Assembly (NCBI RefSeq): GCF_030028105.1
Contig: NC_092385.1
Coordinates: forward strand, 38,468,774 to 38,532,773
Reading direction: 5' to 3'
Length of the DNA stretch: 64,000 nucleotides
Origin: Mobula birostris
Taxonomy: Eukaryota
Positions 22,666 through 35,910 of this stretch are shown in pieces. The position numbers and the translations under genes are program-made. Under the pieces are notes generated by a model. It ran no database searches. It had not been told where the DNA came from and was given only the letters and a program-made list of their open reading frames with translations. Each line of letters starts with the position of its first letter. The first letter of the stretch is position 1.

Positions 22666-25210
22666 TCAATACACTTCTGCCCCCATTTTCAGGGAACTTA
22701 TTTATCATGGCCTATCAGACTCACTTCATTATACAGCATTCTTTTACTTCTGTTCTTACCAAATTCATTTAAATTAAATCTTTGCACACTTCTTAATTTC
22801 CCGCCTAGTCTTACCAAATTTACACTTATCAAATTTGGATACTCAGTTTAGTCTTCGATATTGCTAAAGCCCACTATGTTGCACTTTATCAAATATCTTT
22901 TGAGAATCTCAGTTCATGATATCCCAGGTACAGCACCATAGTGAATATTTTCCAAAATTTCAAATGCATATAATGTAGTAGTTCTCATAAGCTGTCTTGC
23001 TCATGATGATCTAAAAAACTTTAGTCAAGTATCACTTCCCTTTTACAATTTCATTCTGGCTCTATGAAATCCAGTTATGATTTTCTTTAGATTCCATTAG
23101 TACAATAATATGTCAACATTTTCCAAAACTGACAACCATCTAATTGTTTTCAGTTTTCTCTTTCTCTCAGTTTTTGTTGGGTTGAATTCTTAGGATTCAT
23201 ACTAAATGCAGGGAATTTTGGAAAATCAAAAGTAATGCATTTGCTATTTCTACAGGCAATCTGCAAGACATAGTCCATTAGGTCCAGGGGATTTGTCAGT
23301 TTTCATCCTATTGATTTCTTCAGCACTATGTCTTTGCCAGCACCAGCTTTTTTTAGTTTCTCATTCTCATTAGAATTTTGGTCCATTATTGCCAAAATGT
23401 ACTTTATTTCCTTTTCTATGAAGCTAAGGTTAGAGTATCTAAAATAAAAACTGGCATTTCCTTATTTTCTGTTATAATTTCCCCTATCACTCCCTCTAGC
23501 AAAATCATGTTTATTCACAGTGGTCTCTTCATATAACATTGCTGTAGAATCTTGCACAATATCTATTCACAGTTTATTCTTGCCTTCTATTTCTCACTTT
23601 ATAAAATTTAGTCATCATTTTCTGTAATCTAAAATCCTCTTCATCTGAATTGTTCTTTATAACAGCATAATAAACATCTTTTAATGTCTGATCTTATCTG
23701 TTATGTCCCTGGTTAGCAGATTACTTGTTATACCACTTTCTAGGGTTTTCATTCCTTGAAAAAGTGTGTGTCTATTGAGTTGTGAATAATTTCTTTATCC
23801 ATAAGCTCCTCAACAGTCCAATCCTTAACAAAATATTTTAAAATAAAGCCTGTGTGTATTATTCTACTCAGATTATAAACATGTATGTGCAAAACAAATC
23901 CTATTACATGGCCTCTATGTGCCTTCAACATGAGTAAGAATCCATATTCTTAATAAATGTGCACTGTGGGTCCTTAGCAGCTAATGAAAAGGATGAGTAA
24001 ATTATACTCTAGAGAATATTTAACATCAGTGAGTAATGAAACATTGCATCTGGATAAAGTTAATTCTTCCCTGTCTTTGCAAAACTCTACATGCTGACAA
24101 TTAATGCAATACTACTGATAAGGGACCAGAATAAATTAATGTTTTTGTTTGCAGTGAAGGGTGACAGTACATCACCAAAGAAACATTACTATGCAGAATT
24201 GTCCTTAAATAATAATACCCCTTTTAATTATCACAGAAATTGAAATTGTCATGATATACAATGAATATTCTATTCCATTTAAATGTAGGGAAATCATGGA
24301 CAGAAAAGTTCAGCTTGTTGCTTTAGATTCCAAAGTGAACCAATAAATGCATCTTCAGTAAGTTTCTGGCATTATATTTATTTTACATAAATGAAAACCA
24401 ACTTCACTACGAACAAGCCTTTCATTGGTATCTTCTGAGTTAAAACAATGGATTATAAATTGGATTATTAATAAGATTAATTCAGTGATATCAAACTCAG
24501 TTTGAAAATATAGCAGAACCAAATTAAACTCTATAGTTTAAGAGGAATATGCTTTTCTCAGGAGCAAATGCTTCCATTTAATTTCTTTTGATCCTTTGTG
24601 TTTTGATTGAATTTTGCACTCAAATTCCATAATGCAATAGCTTTACATCAATACACATGAGATTAGTCCATTGAGATTGGAGATGGAAACAATAAAAAGA
24701 CACAGAATTTTCTAGCTGTCATTAAAAAAAGAAGCTGGAAATCAAATGACGGGAAACAAAGTTGGAAGTCAAATGCAGAAAACTTTGGAAGATCAAAGAC
24801 AAAGAAATGCTTGGAATTGCTCGCAGAATTCTTATGTTAACAATTTTTTTTTCTTTGTAAAAAATAATTAATGCAGCTACTTTTGCATTGATGCTAAAGG
24901 GTTTTTGATATCAAAGGCAATTTAATTCCGACATCAAGCCTTTATTGAAATTTCAGTGCATTGAAGTCAAGTAGTGTATATCCCATTCAGATGAATATCT
25001 TGTATCAAGTCTGATGCTCATTTTGAACTTTATCTACATTTTGACCCAGGAAAATGCACATCATGGATGCAAACTCAATGCTTTAAAGATTAATTAATAC
25101 TGACCATGATTTAACTTCTTAGTGCAATCAGCAGACTACTGATTTTGCGAAAACTCGGTGAAGGTTGTACATTAAATCTTCCGACATGACCTACATTCCA
25201 AAAGAAGTCT

Positions 25211-26496
25211 GAAATCAGAATCAGGTTTATTATCACCGGCATGTGACGTGAAATTTGTTAGCTTAGCAGTAACGGTTCAATGTAATACATAATCTAGCAG
25301 AGAGAAAAAAAATAAACAAAATAAAGCATAATAATAATAAATAAACAAGTAAATCAATTACATATATTGAATAGATTGTAAAAAAACATGAAAAACAGAA
25401 ATACTGTATATTAAAAAAAAGTGAAGTAGTGTCCAAAGCTTCAACGTCCATTTAGGAATCAGATGGCAGAGGGGAAGAAGCTGTTCCTGAAGCTGTGCCT
25501 TCAGGCTTCTGTACCTCCTACCTGATGGTAACAGTGAGAAAAGGGCATGCCCTGGGTGCTGGCGGTCCTTAATAATGGACACAGAATTTCTGAGACACTG
25601 CTCCCTAAAGATGTCCTGGGTACTTTGTAGGCTACTGCCCAAGATGGAGCTGACTAGATTTACAACCTTCTGCAGCTTCTTTCGGTCCTGTGCAGTAGCC
25701 CCTCCATACCAGGCAGTGATGCAGCCTGTCAGAATGCTCTCCACGGTACAACTATAGAGGTTTTTGAGTGTATTTGTTGACATGCCAAATCTCTTCAAAC
25801 TCCTAATATAGACGCTGTCTTGCCTTCTTTATAACTACATCAATATATTGGAACCAGGTTAGATCCTCAGAGATCTTGACACCCAGGAACTTGAAGCTGC
25901 TCACTCTCTCCACTTCTGATCCCTCTATAAGGATTGGTGTGTGTTCCTTCATCTTACCTTTCCTGAAGTCCACAATCAGCTCTTTTGTCTTACTGACGTT
26001 GAGTGCCAGGTTGTTGCTGTGGCACCATTCCACTAATTGACATTATCTCACTGCTGTACGCCCTCTCGTCACCATCTGAGATTCTACCAACAATGGTTGC
26101 ATCGTCAGCAAATTTGTAGATGGTATTTAAGCTATACCTAGCCACACAGTCATGTGTATACAGAGAGTATAGCAGAGGGCTAAGCATACACCCCTGAGGT
26201 GCGCCAGTGTTGATTGTCAGTGAGGAGGATATATTATCACCAGTCTGCACAGATTGTGGTCTTCCGGTTAGGAAGTCAAGGATCCAATTGCAGATGGAGG
26301 TACAGAGGCTCAGGTTCTGCAAAATCAGGATTGTGGGAATGATGGTATTAAATGCTGAGCTATAGTCTATGAACAACATCCTGATGTATGTGTTTGTGTT
26401 GCTCAGGTGGTCTAAAGCCATGTGGAGAGCCATTGAGATTGTGTCTGTCATTGACCTATTGTGGCGATAGGCAAATTGCAATGGGTCCAGGTCCTT
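25211..26496 (-). mobile_element. Rex1/Babar-clade LINE, 5'-truncated
   Basis: [78 protein letters not shown]; (TCTGAT)n tail. Confidence 0.9.
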
Positions 26497-26498
26497 AT

Positions 26499-27700
26499 TA
26501 ACTTCAGGATGCAGTGAATATGCCCCTGTCTATGTCAATGGTGTTGAGGTTGAGAGGACTGGGAGCTCCATGTTGCAAGGAGTGAACATCACTAACAGCT
26601 TGTTCTGGTCCAACCATGTAGATGTCATGGCCAAGTAAGTTTACCATGCCTCTACGTTTTCAGGATGCAAAAAAAGGGCACGTTAGAACCATAGAACACT
26701 ACAGCACAGAAAACAGGCCATTCGGCCCTTCTAGTCTGTGCCAAAACTTTATTCCACTAGTCCCATTGACCTGCACCCAGTCCATAACCCTCCAGACCTC
26801 TCCCATCCATGTATCTATCCAATTTATTCTTAAAACTTAAGAGTGAGCCTGCATTTACGTCAGATGGCAGCTTGTTCCACATTCCCTCCATTCTCTGATT
26901 GAAAAGGTTCCCCCTAAACCTTTCGCCTTTCACCCTAAAACCATGTCCTCTCGTATTTATCTCTCCTAATCTGTGGAAAGAGCCTACTCACATTTACTCT
27001 GTCTATACCCCTCATAATTTTGTAAACCTCTGTCAAATCTCCCCTCATTCTTCTACGCTCCAAGGAATAAAGTCCTAACCTGTTCAATCTTTCCCTGTAG
27101 CTCAACTGCTGATTTAATCTTTCCCTGTAACTCAGATCCTGTTGAACTTACCAACTTTTATCAATGCACTGTAGAAAGCATCCCATCTAGGTGCATAACT
27201 GCTTGTTATGGTAGGTACTCTCGTGACTGCAAGAAGATGCAGAGCGAAGTGGGCACAGCTCAGAATATCACAGAAACCTGTCTCTCCTTCATGGACTTCC
27301 CACTGCCTCAGTAAAGCAGAGAGCATTATCAAAACCCCACCTACCCCAGACATTCTCCCTTCTCTCCTCTTCTATCAGACAGAAGATACAAAAGCCTGAA
27401 AGCACAAATCATCAGGCTCAAGGACAGCTTCTACCCTGAGGTTATAAGGCTATTGCTGTTCTCTATTATGTTAAAATCGACTCTTGCGCTCACAATCTAC
27501 CTCATTCTGAGCAGCACCTTATTTTTTTTTCACCTCCACTGCAGTTTCTCTGTAGCTGTTGTAATTTATCCTACATTTTGCTATTGTTTTACTAGTTCTA
27601 CCTCAATGCACTGTGCAATGATTTGATCTGTGTGAACAGTATGCAAGACCAGCTTTGCACTGTATCTTGGTACATGTGACAATAATAAAACATTTCCAGT
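26499..27700 (+). mobile_element. Older Rex1/Babar 3' fragment, split by CR1
   Basis: 26499-26680 and 27135-27700 carry decayed V.R..SFKFLGV.I-type and FYQCTVES-type segments plus a 3' UTR ending gacaataataaa. Confidence 0.7.
26684..27132 (-). mobile_element. CR1 3' fragment
   Basis: tagaaccatagaacactacagcacag tail; minus strand reads YRERLNRLGLYSLERRRMRGDLTEVYKIMRG. Confidence 0.85.
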
Positions 27701-28229
27701 TCCAATTCCATGCATCGGCACCATCAAGCAATCAAGAGAAACAGGATTTACAGGAACTGACTGCAATAATACTCTTGGTCTTCCTTTTCAATTGGCTTCA
27801 GTTGACTTTGAACTGAGTCTACATTAAACCTATAACAAACAGCCCAATCTGAAGCCATGCAGCTGTGTTCAGTAATTTACTGAATTTGACCTAATTTTAA
27901 CTGAATTTAAGTACGTGTAACAGCAGCAGAGGGATTGGAGATCACGATCAAGCTCCAATTTACTGGTGATCATTCCAGGTAAAGATGTTTAACCTTGGAG
28001 CCTATACACACAAGGTACAATGTAGTGCAAATCTCAGATGGGGACAATTAGCAGGAAATACACCTTTCTAATGGAAAGGTACAGTAGGCCCAGATTCCTG
28101 GGTGGGATACAGCTTCAATTTAATATACTTTGGACTGGCATTCCACGTAAACAAATTATGAACACAGTTCATATTTAAAATTTTCAATACCATAAGCTTT
28201 TTTAGATCGGAAAGAATTTATTTTAATAT

Positions 28230-28545
28230 GTGGTGGCACAACACAGAAAACTTAGTACTCCGTCTCACAGCTTCATTATAGTGCATTTCCTCTGGTGCTG
28301 TGTAGGTTTTGCACATTCTCCCTGTGACTGTGTGGGTTCCTCCTGGATAATCTGGTTTTCTCCCTCATGCCAAAGAGATGATGGAAGGCTAATTAGCTAT
28401 AGTAAATGGCCCCCAGTGAAGGTAAATGTCAAATTAATCAATAACAGTTAAGTGGGGGGGTGAGTTTATAATTTGCAGGAATACATGGAAAGAAGAAAAG
28501 CTATCAAAGCAGCTGCTCTGCGGCAAGCTGGCATGGATTTCATAG
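28230..28545 (+). mobile_element. V-SINE (HE1-like) remnant
   Basis: V-domain-like ttttgcacattctccctgtgactgtgtgggttcctcctgga...ccaaaga. Confidence 0.55.
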
Positions 28546-30129
28546 TCCAAATGTTTCCCACTCCATCCTGTTAAGTAAATGTGCATATACGTTGATTTTA
28601 ACAGAATTGTTAATACAGAAAAGGAGACTGATTAGTCATAGAGTCTATGGCCCACTTACATAACAAAATTCCCCTGCTCTTTCTAACAATCATTCTGCCT
28701 TTAGTCCCCTTTCGGTGGTTAATTAGATATTTACTTACACTAGGGGTCTTTTACAACAGTCAGTTAATCTATCCTCCAATTCTCCTTTGGAAACATTGCT
28801 TCCCGCCATTTACATTCAGTGAAACTTGGCTCCAAAAATATCGTCATATCTCCCTTTGTAGCTTTTGCTCTGGATTTAAAATAATGCGAAGATCTTGACC
28901 ATCATGCAGGCTTTTTAAAATATTTTATTACTATGGTACGGTCTTGCTTGCGTGCATTTGTACCTCAAAACAGTTTTTACCCTTCCCCTCTTCCGGAACA
29001 AATGCGATTAAGGCGATATAATTAATTCTTAGAACGTTAATTTACTATTATGTTTCAATAATTTATGATGGACGTATTCATTTGTATAGTCTTTCAGTCA
29101 ATGATTTTTCGTCTAGTTCCGATGAACGTTCATTGACTTGAAACGCTAATTCTGTTTCTCACTCCACAGATGCTGCCTGGTGCTGTTTCAGCACTCCGCT
29201 TTTCTCTTAGCACTTTACACGTAATCGCAATCATTGTACAAGTATGTGTAGTTATACTAGCGCCTGATGGGTAAATATTTCAAAATCGTCAACTATGGGA
29301 TTAGCTTCCAAGTTTTTTTTCCGGTTAGAATCTTTAGGGGGTTCCGTGGTTGGTTTCCTGTGAAGCCCGCCTCCCAACACGATCAGAGCTATAACGAACA
29401 TGTCCATAGGGGGTGCATGTGTATCAACTACTGTACATGAAGGGAGATCTCAAGCAGAGGAGAGTCATAGCTGCTTGCAAGTTGGCGTTGAATAGGCAGG
29501 TTTTGTCCAATTGTTTGTGTCAGAGCCACCAGATTAATTGTATTTATCTTCAATCCTCCTCTCCATTTGTTTCTACTACGGTTTTGGTGTCTGGTGTAAA
29601 ACCTAAAAAAAAACATGAGTTGGTCGCAACAACATAAAATGGATCCTTTGTTGCATAATTCTTTTGTACTCCGAGAGAGGACAGTGCCAAAAGAATGAAC
29701 ACAAAAAGATGGGTATTGATCATATTTTCGTTCCGGTATGCTCCATGCAATCTTGCCCTCCCCCACCCTTCCCGTTGGTTACAAGCAGACTAGTAACGAC
29801 ATCATAACTGCTATTAAGCTATCTTTGTGAAAGTGCAGTGAACATTTGTTGCTTTGTATATACGTGTCATTATTATCAGGGTTTACTTAAGAAAATATGC
29901 AGCAGAAAAAGCTATGTAAGGGAACACTCCCTTCATTTGTGCAATTCACGCATGAGCGACTGTGATTTATTGTGAGTACAGATCAAATCCGTTGGGTTTC
30001 TAATGATATCATCAACAAGAAAAAAAAGATTCTCTATTGAAACTGATATTAATGATCACTGCTATCATCTAGGAATAGATTTACATGTACAGTACAGGAA
30101 ATAAAGGGGATAATAGTCGTTCCCTTGTG

Positions 30130-30520
30130 CTTATAAATACGGGCTAGTGCCACTCATGCCGGGGTTCGGTAACAGAGACAGCAGCACGGAAGACCGAGCC
30201 TGTTTTGCCAGGGGGAGTAGGGGAGGGAGGGGAAGGTGGGGGATGATATTCTTGTATAGTGCAGCAGGGAACTTGCGCAGTTGGAGAGGAAGGACTGGAT
30301 TTTTCTCCATGCAAGAGAAAGCTCGAAGCCTGTGCTGGCCAGATGGCGGGGCGAGGGATTTAACCAGCTCAAAACAAAAGGATTGAGATTTTATAAGTAT
30401 ATATTTAAAAAGGCTGGGAAAAAAAACTGTCACCTTCTGCGCAGGCTCACTTTAACCCCAAAGACATTCTGTTAGCACTCACCGGAAGTTCAGCTCCCTG
30501 CCACGGCTGGAGAAGAAGAG
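30130..30520 (+). promoter_or_regulatory. Putative promoter or 5' region of the SREB GPCR gene (CpG-rich)
   Basis: CpG density rises from about 29300 to 31900 against a CpG-depleted background; TATAAA at 30132-30137; perfect ETS motif ACCGGAAGT at 30481-30489; TGCGCA sites. The TSS is not determined. Confidence 0.45.
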
Positions 30521-30966
30521 GTATTATTATTTATTAGTATTTTTTTACCTAGCCCGGGGATTGTATGTGCTTGTGTTGCGGGTGTTATGTCGCTCGTTTG
30601 ACAACGTCCTTTGAAGCGGCGGCAATTGCTGTACTGGGGGGCGGGGGTACAAGAGACCCGAGGTTGCTTTCCCTATTGAGTCAGACAGTTAAACGAATGT
30701 CTCCTGTTCCTATTTCAGAAATGATTGGTCTTCAGGGTGGATAGAAACAAAAAAAACCCCCACAAAAACCATTCGTTTAAGGAAGACTGTCTTCCCCCAC
30801 ACCCTTTCCCGTTTCCATCCTCTCCCCTCCCCACCGCAACGGTGGTTACACAATGAGGATTAAAAGGAACTTTGTGGTTTGTGGGGTCTGCCCTTTCCGA
30901 TGGAAATGGAGACACTGAGCTGTTGACGGCGAGGATCGAGGCTGCCCCATTCTGATGCTCGCCTCG

Positions 30967-32082
30967 ATGGCGAACGCCAGTGAGCTAGAAGAGACGAATA
31001 GCTCTCTTCAGAATTACGCCATCACCGCCTCGGCCGTCAAGCTGGCTTCCCTGGGTTTGATCATCTGCATCAGCCTGACCGGCAACCTGCTGCTCTCCTT
31101 CCTGCTCTTCAAAGAGCCAAGCTTGCACCGGGCTCCCTACTACTTTCTGCTGGACCTCTGCCTGGCCGACATCGTGCGCTCGCTCCTCTGCTTCCCGTTC
31201 GTCATGATCTCCATCAGCAGCGGCTCGGCTTGGACCTACAGCCTGCTCAGCTGCAAGATCATCGCCTTCGCCGCCGTCCTCTTCTGTTTCCACGCCGCCT
31301 TCATGATGTTCTGCATCAGCATCACCCGTTACATGGCCATCGCCCACCACCGCTTCTATTCCAAACGAATGACGGTGTGGACTTGTGTGGCGGTCATCTG
31401 CATGGTGTGGACCCTGTCGGTCGCCATGGCCTTCCCGCCAGTTTTCGACGTGGGCACCTACAAGTTCATCCGTGAGGAGGAGCAGTGCATCTTCGAGCAC
31501 CGCTACGTGAAGGCCAACGACACCCTGGGCTTCATGCTGATGCTGGCGGTTATCATCGCCGCCACACACATGGTCTATGTCAAGCTCATCTTTTTCGTAT
31601 ACGACCACCGCAAGATGAAACCCGCTCAGTTGATCCCGGCCATCAGCCAAAATTGGACGTTTCACGGCCCGGGCGCCACAGGCCAGGCGGCCGCCAACTG
31701 GATCGCTGGCTTCGGCAGAGGACCCACGCCCCCTACCCTAGTGGGCATCCGGCAGACCACGCACAACCAGAACAAGAGACTGCTGGTCTTAGATGAGTTC
31801 AAAATGGAAAAGAGAATAGGCAGGATGTTCTACATCATAACCGTACTCTTCCTGCTGCTGTGGTCGCCATATATTGTCGCATGTTATCTGCGGGTCTTTG
31901 TCAAAGCCAGTACCATCCCCCAGGTCTACCTGACCGCCGCAGTGTGGATGACATTTGCCCAGGCGGGGGTCAATCCGATTTTGTGCTTTATCTTCAACAA
32001 AGAGCTGAGGATTTGCTTCAGAACCCACTTCCCTTGTTTTCAAAGCACACAGACGCCCAGGGAAGCTTACTGCGTTATTTAA
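30967..32082 (+). CDS. GPR27: SREB-family class A orphan GPCR, most likely GPR27/SREB1 (371 aa from MANASE; an in-frame ATG at 30955 would add 4 aa)
   Basis: Intact 7TM ORF with SREB signatures HRAPYYFLLDLC, TRYMAIAHHRFY and QNWTFHGPGATGQAAANW.AGFGRGPTPP. GPR27-type residues as recalled: MANASE start, KM.PA.L.PA, LVGIR, YLRV, PQ.YLTA.VW.TFAQAG, CF.FN.ELR.CFR..FPC.QS. The family is secure; paralog assignment against GPR173 is less so. Confidence 0.8.
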   Translation: MANASELEETNSSLQNYAITASAVKLASLGLIICISLTGNLLLSFLLFKEPSLHRAPYYFLLDLCLADIVRSLLCFPFVMISISSGSAWTYSLLSCKIIAFAAVLFCFHAAFMMFCISITRYMAIAHHRFYSKRMTVWTCVAVICMVWTLSVAMAFPPVFDVGTYKFIREEEQCIFEHRYVKANDTLGFMLMLAVIIAATHMVYVKLIFFVYDHRKMKPAQLIPAISQNWTFHGPGATGQAAANWIAGFGRGPTPPTLVGIRQTTHNQNKRLLVLDEFKMEKRIGRMFYIITVLFLLLWSPYIVACYLRVFVKASTIPQVYLTAAVWMTFAQAGVNPILCFIFNKELRICFRTHFPCFQSTQTPREAYCVI

Positions 32083-32888
32083 AATACATTTAAGTAGTAG
32101 AAAGACACCGTCTTTTAAAAAGAAAATCCGCAAGGGAACTCATAATAATGTATGTGCAGGCGTTTGGCGGATTAATCTTTGTCACAGAACAGTCAACTGC
32201 ACTGGTTTCTGTTTACATTTAAGAAGTGCGAGACACTGAGTCAAGTATTTTGAGGACAAGCCAATTTCTCTGGAATACGAATTCATGGAGGCCACTTTAT
32301 ATTAGGATCTCTCACGTTGACTCCACGTTGGACCCAGTTTGATACAAATTTTACTGATTGCTTAAAAACGTATTGATCAGGGAATTCAAACACAATTAAG
32401 CAATCCCAATCTCAGAGTGTTTTACAATAAATGAAATATATTTGTTCCTAGTTGTGCTGCGCTTTATACAGGGCAGTGAATTATTAATAACATCCAGAAG
32501 AGGAAAAAAAAGCAAACTGGAGTGTAAAAATTGTACAAATCATAATTTCAGTGACACTTTTCACCCTTCCCACTGCAATTTAAGAACTTTGTATGATTGT
32601 ACTTTCCTTTTGATATTTTCTTAGCTTGTTTCTCTGCATTGTAATATACTGGAAAATGTTTTGACCTTCAAACATTACTTTTTGCAATTTCATATCTTAA
32701 TGTGCATTTGTCTTTGAAAAACAAATGTCAATTTTACATTTCTCTAGCTGAATGTAAATAAGTCTTGTAGTGTTAGCTGTAGTTATTGTCATACAAAATT
32801 ATCAGTTAGTAAGTTATACTGTACTCATTTGATTGAATCAAGAAGGTAGCTCTTTTTCTCTTGTACATTTCCACTGTTTTTACTTGAA

Positions 32889-32894
32889 AATAAA
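32889..32894 (+). terminator. Candidate polyadenylation signal (alternative AATAAA at 32426-32431)
   Basis: AATAAA about 800 nt after the stop codon, preceded by TGTA motifs and followed by a GT/T-rich stretch (gtagttttctctt). Confidence 0.5.
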
Positions 32895-35749
32895 TTTATT
32901 AAGCAGAAGGGTAGTTTTCTCTTCACAATGAAAAATCAAATTAATGGATCTCATTTAATGTACTTTGGGTGTTTTGGTGAGAGTAGCAATCAATTGCAGG
33001 AAAGGATATTTAAGTGGACTAGGTGAATGAGGTACAAAGTCTCCTTATTGATATGTAAAGATTGACAGTTATGAATAATCATGCAGGTTGTTGAAAGAAG
33101 GACAAATCCAAGAAACTGTTGAACATCACATGAAATTAAAACAAAAATCACTTTTAAAGTTGCATATGTTTTATTAACATTGGTTTAAATAAATGGTGGA
33201 ATGGGTTCAGGGCTGAATGGCCTAATCGTTTTCCTATGTTTCTTTCAAATAACGTAGAAACTGGCCAAGTTGCTGAAATGTAACAAAATCTCCATTCAGC
33301 AGCCAAACTATTATGCAACAAATGATATCCAAAAATTACCTACAGATACCAAGTAAATGCTGCCAAAATATAGCTAATTTGTAAATCTTGTTGCTGGCAT
33401 TGGATTGAAAATGCTTAACTGGACAAATGTTGGATCAGCATTCTACTAATGTTCCCAACACAAGGGACAACAGCCTTTGATATAAATGTGTTTTACTTAA
33501 TTGAGGTGTACAACCTGCAAACCCACAGTGTAGGAATCTGAAATGATACAACTCTGTCCCCTAAGTTAGTGCAATTAATTCACTTTCATTTTGTTAATGT
33601 GAAAATGAAAAGTAATTTTTCAAAATGAAAACTAATTCTTTATTTGGCATGTTGGAACCCTGTCACAATGTTGAAAAAAATAAAGGTTATGAAATAAATT
33701 TTAAGTATATTGGAGACCTTTTATTATCCATCCAATTTACAACTTAAATTAAAAAAAAATAAAGTGGGTTATGCCATTGTGATGGTTTAGTGAAGTCAAA
33801 TACATCTAAAAACAGCCAATAAAGAATATAACTGGGTAAAGAAATCACAAAAATCAGACTGAACTTGGAAACTTAGAAAATCTTTAGTTGTGTTTGATAA
33901 TTAGGTTACGATTCATTGTGACAATCTGAAGTGCTTCAATCTATATGATGCAACTTGGTTTTATTGCTACGTAAAATTTGTTGCAATAAAACCAATCCAA
34001 AAGAAGAATTAGTAGTTTAATGTTTATTTATTTCAATATACAAACAAATTCTGTAGTACGATATGAATTAGCCAACCTAACTTTTATTTCACTTGCTGAA
34101 TGCTCTATAAATTCGATCTGAAATTAAATAAAATAATTATTTTATTAATGATGTAGAATTTAAGGAAATCTGTTGAATTCATGAGGGATTTATAGATGCC
34201 TTCCTCCCATAAGGGATCAGTTATATTTCACATTTATCAATTGAATGATGGTATGGTTAAATAGCCATTGAAGATGCAGTAATCTCAGGTGATTATAAAT
34301 TTCAGAATGTTTGTGTTTGAAATATTAACAAAAATAAAGATATGTCATTCTGATGATTAAGGGACAGATCCTCCAGTGTTGGTATGAGATTTTGCTTAAA
34401 ATCAAGTATTTTTCTGCAAAGTGGATTGGCAGACATTTTATATGAAGAAGATCTCAGTAATCTGCAGAGTAAATGTACAATAATTTTCAAACTAAATTTT
34501 AGTTTTCAGTGTACTTGGGGGACAGTGAGAGAGTAGAATTCATTCTCTAAAATGACCAGAATCTGAATCCAAATCCATCCAGCAGTCTTTCTTTTCTGAC
34601 TGCGGTGTTTCTGTCCGAGATGACTGGGTCTTTCATTGTGGGGGTGGGGCATTTATAAGTGAAAAACTGTCAGCATTGTTCAGTATTGGCTGGTTCTAGC
34701 AGGAAGACCACAATACATGTTGGCACAGACAATGAAAAAAAAATGTGATGGTGGTAAATTTGTAATCTGTGCAATGTATCTTTCAAAGAAAAAGGGCCGG
34801 CTAAATTTAAAACCATTTCATCATAACTTCTCATCGAAGAGTCATTTGCAAGCTTGTTCAAACAGGATTAATTACATTTGACTTGCTTATACCATTTTCA
34901 CAATAAGCAGATGAAATGTATCACCAACAAAAGATGTGTTAACTTTCCTTCAAATTATGAAAGAAATCATACAACATAACCATAAACTAATCTTTTGATC
35001 TTTGCATATGATTTTCAAATTGGTAATATTTTAAATACATTGGGAGGATGTAATGTATTAAACGTAAAATTACCTGAATTTTGCAAAGACAGGACAGTAT
35101 TCTCAAATAATGTAGCATCACCTGGATTTTACTTAACTGTTGTTAGATATCAAGCACATAAAATTGTCCTCTGCAGAGTTTAAAGGCTAGGTTACAAGCT
35201 TTAAATAACTTTTGGGGAAGAAATTAATAGTTTTAGCAATTATTCTTGAACATTGGCTTAGCACAGTTGATTGCTTTACTTTCTTCTTGGATGCTCATAT
35301 GAGCTGCCTGGGACATTGAAGTAAAGCATCTCCATCTGTGAATGATATATCTGTCCCCTCTGGGTCTTCTGTCTTTCTTAGGAGACCCATCTTACATGGC
35401 AGTAGCTACTTTTAGAGTAGAGCTGATCAAATTCCTCTTCTCTTTTTGAATGAATCTGAGTCAATATAACTATTTCTTCAGTGGCACCAAAGCAGTCAGC
35501 TCTCTGATCTAGATGAAAGGCAGAGAGAAAGAAAATAGATGAAACAATCTTGCAAAATTTTGTTTCTATCTATTGCACTCAGAAATATAATCTTTAATGC
35601 CTTTTGTTTTTGTAAAAGTAAGCTTAGATTACCTTCCATTCCATTCCAGTGAAGCTGAGTGAAACCATTTAGTTTAAAGATGAACGTCCAAGTGCATCAC
35701 CTTAAAACAGATGCTTGTTTAGTTAAGTATCAAAAAAAAAGCATATTTT

Positions 35750-35910
35750 CTGCATCTTCCCCCTTCCTTTCCAGTCATGATGAAGAGCCTTGGCCTGAAA
35801 TGTCAACTGTTTATTTATTTCCATAGATGCTGCCTGACCTGCTGAGTTCCTCCAGCAACTTGTATATGTTGCTCTGGATTTCCAGCGTCTGCAGAATCTC
35901 TTGTGTTTAC
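35750..35910 (+). mobile_element. Penelope-like terminal fragment
   Basis: gatgctgcctgacctgctgagttcctccagc...tgcagaatctcttgtgttt is the reverse complement of the 21190 repeat. Confidence 0.65.

Noticed and set aside
22880-23750. Very old CR1/L2-like remnant (KSPGPNG on the minus strand near 23290)
   Set aside because: Too decayed to delimit or classify with confidence.
25211-27700. Head-to-head Rex1 pieces as a twin-priming inversion
   Set aside because: Both pieces cover the same RT C-terminal region, each has its own tail, and they differ in age, so they are independent insertions.
29428-29766. Short ORFs upstream of the GPCR, and the many other 60-190 aa ORFs in the track
   Set aside because: No domain signatures; mostly non-ATG starts, antisense TE shadows or random ORFs in AT-rich DNA.
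30985-31665. 226-aa antisense ORF and alternate-frame ORFs over the GPCR
   Set aside because: Expected shadows of GC3-rich, hydrophobic codon usage on the sense strand; no recognisable domain.
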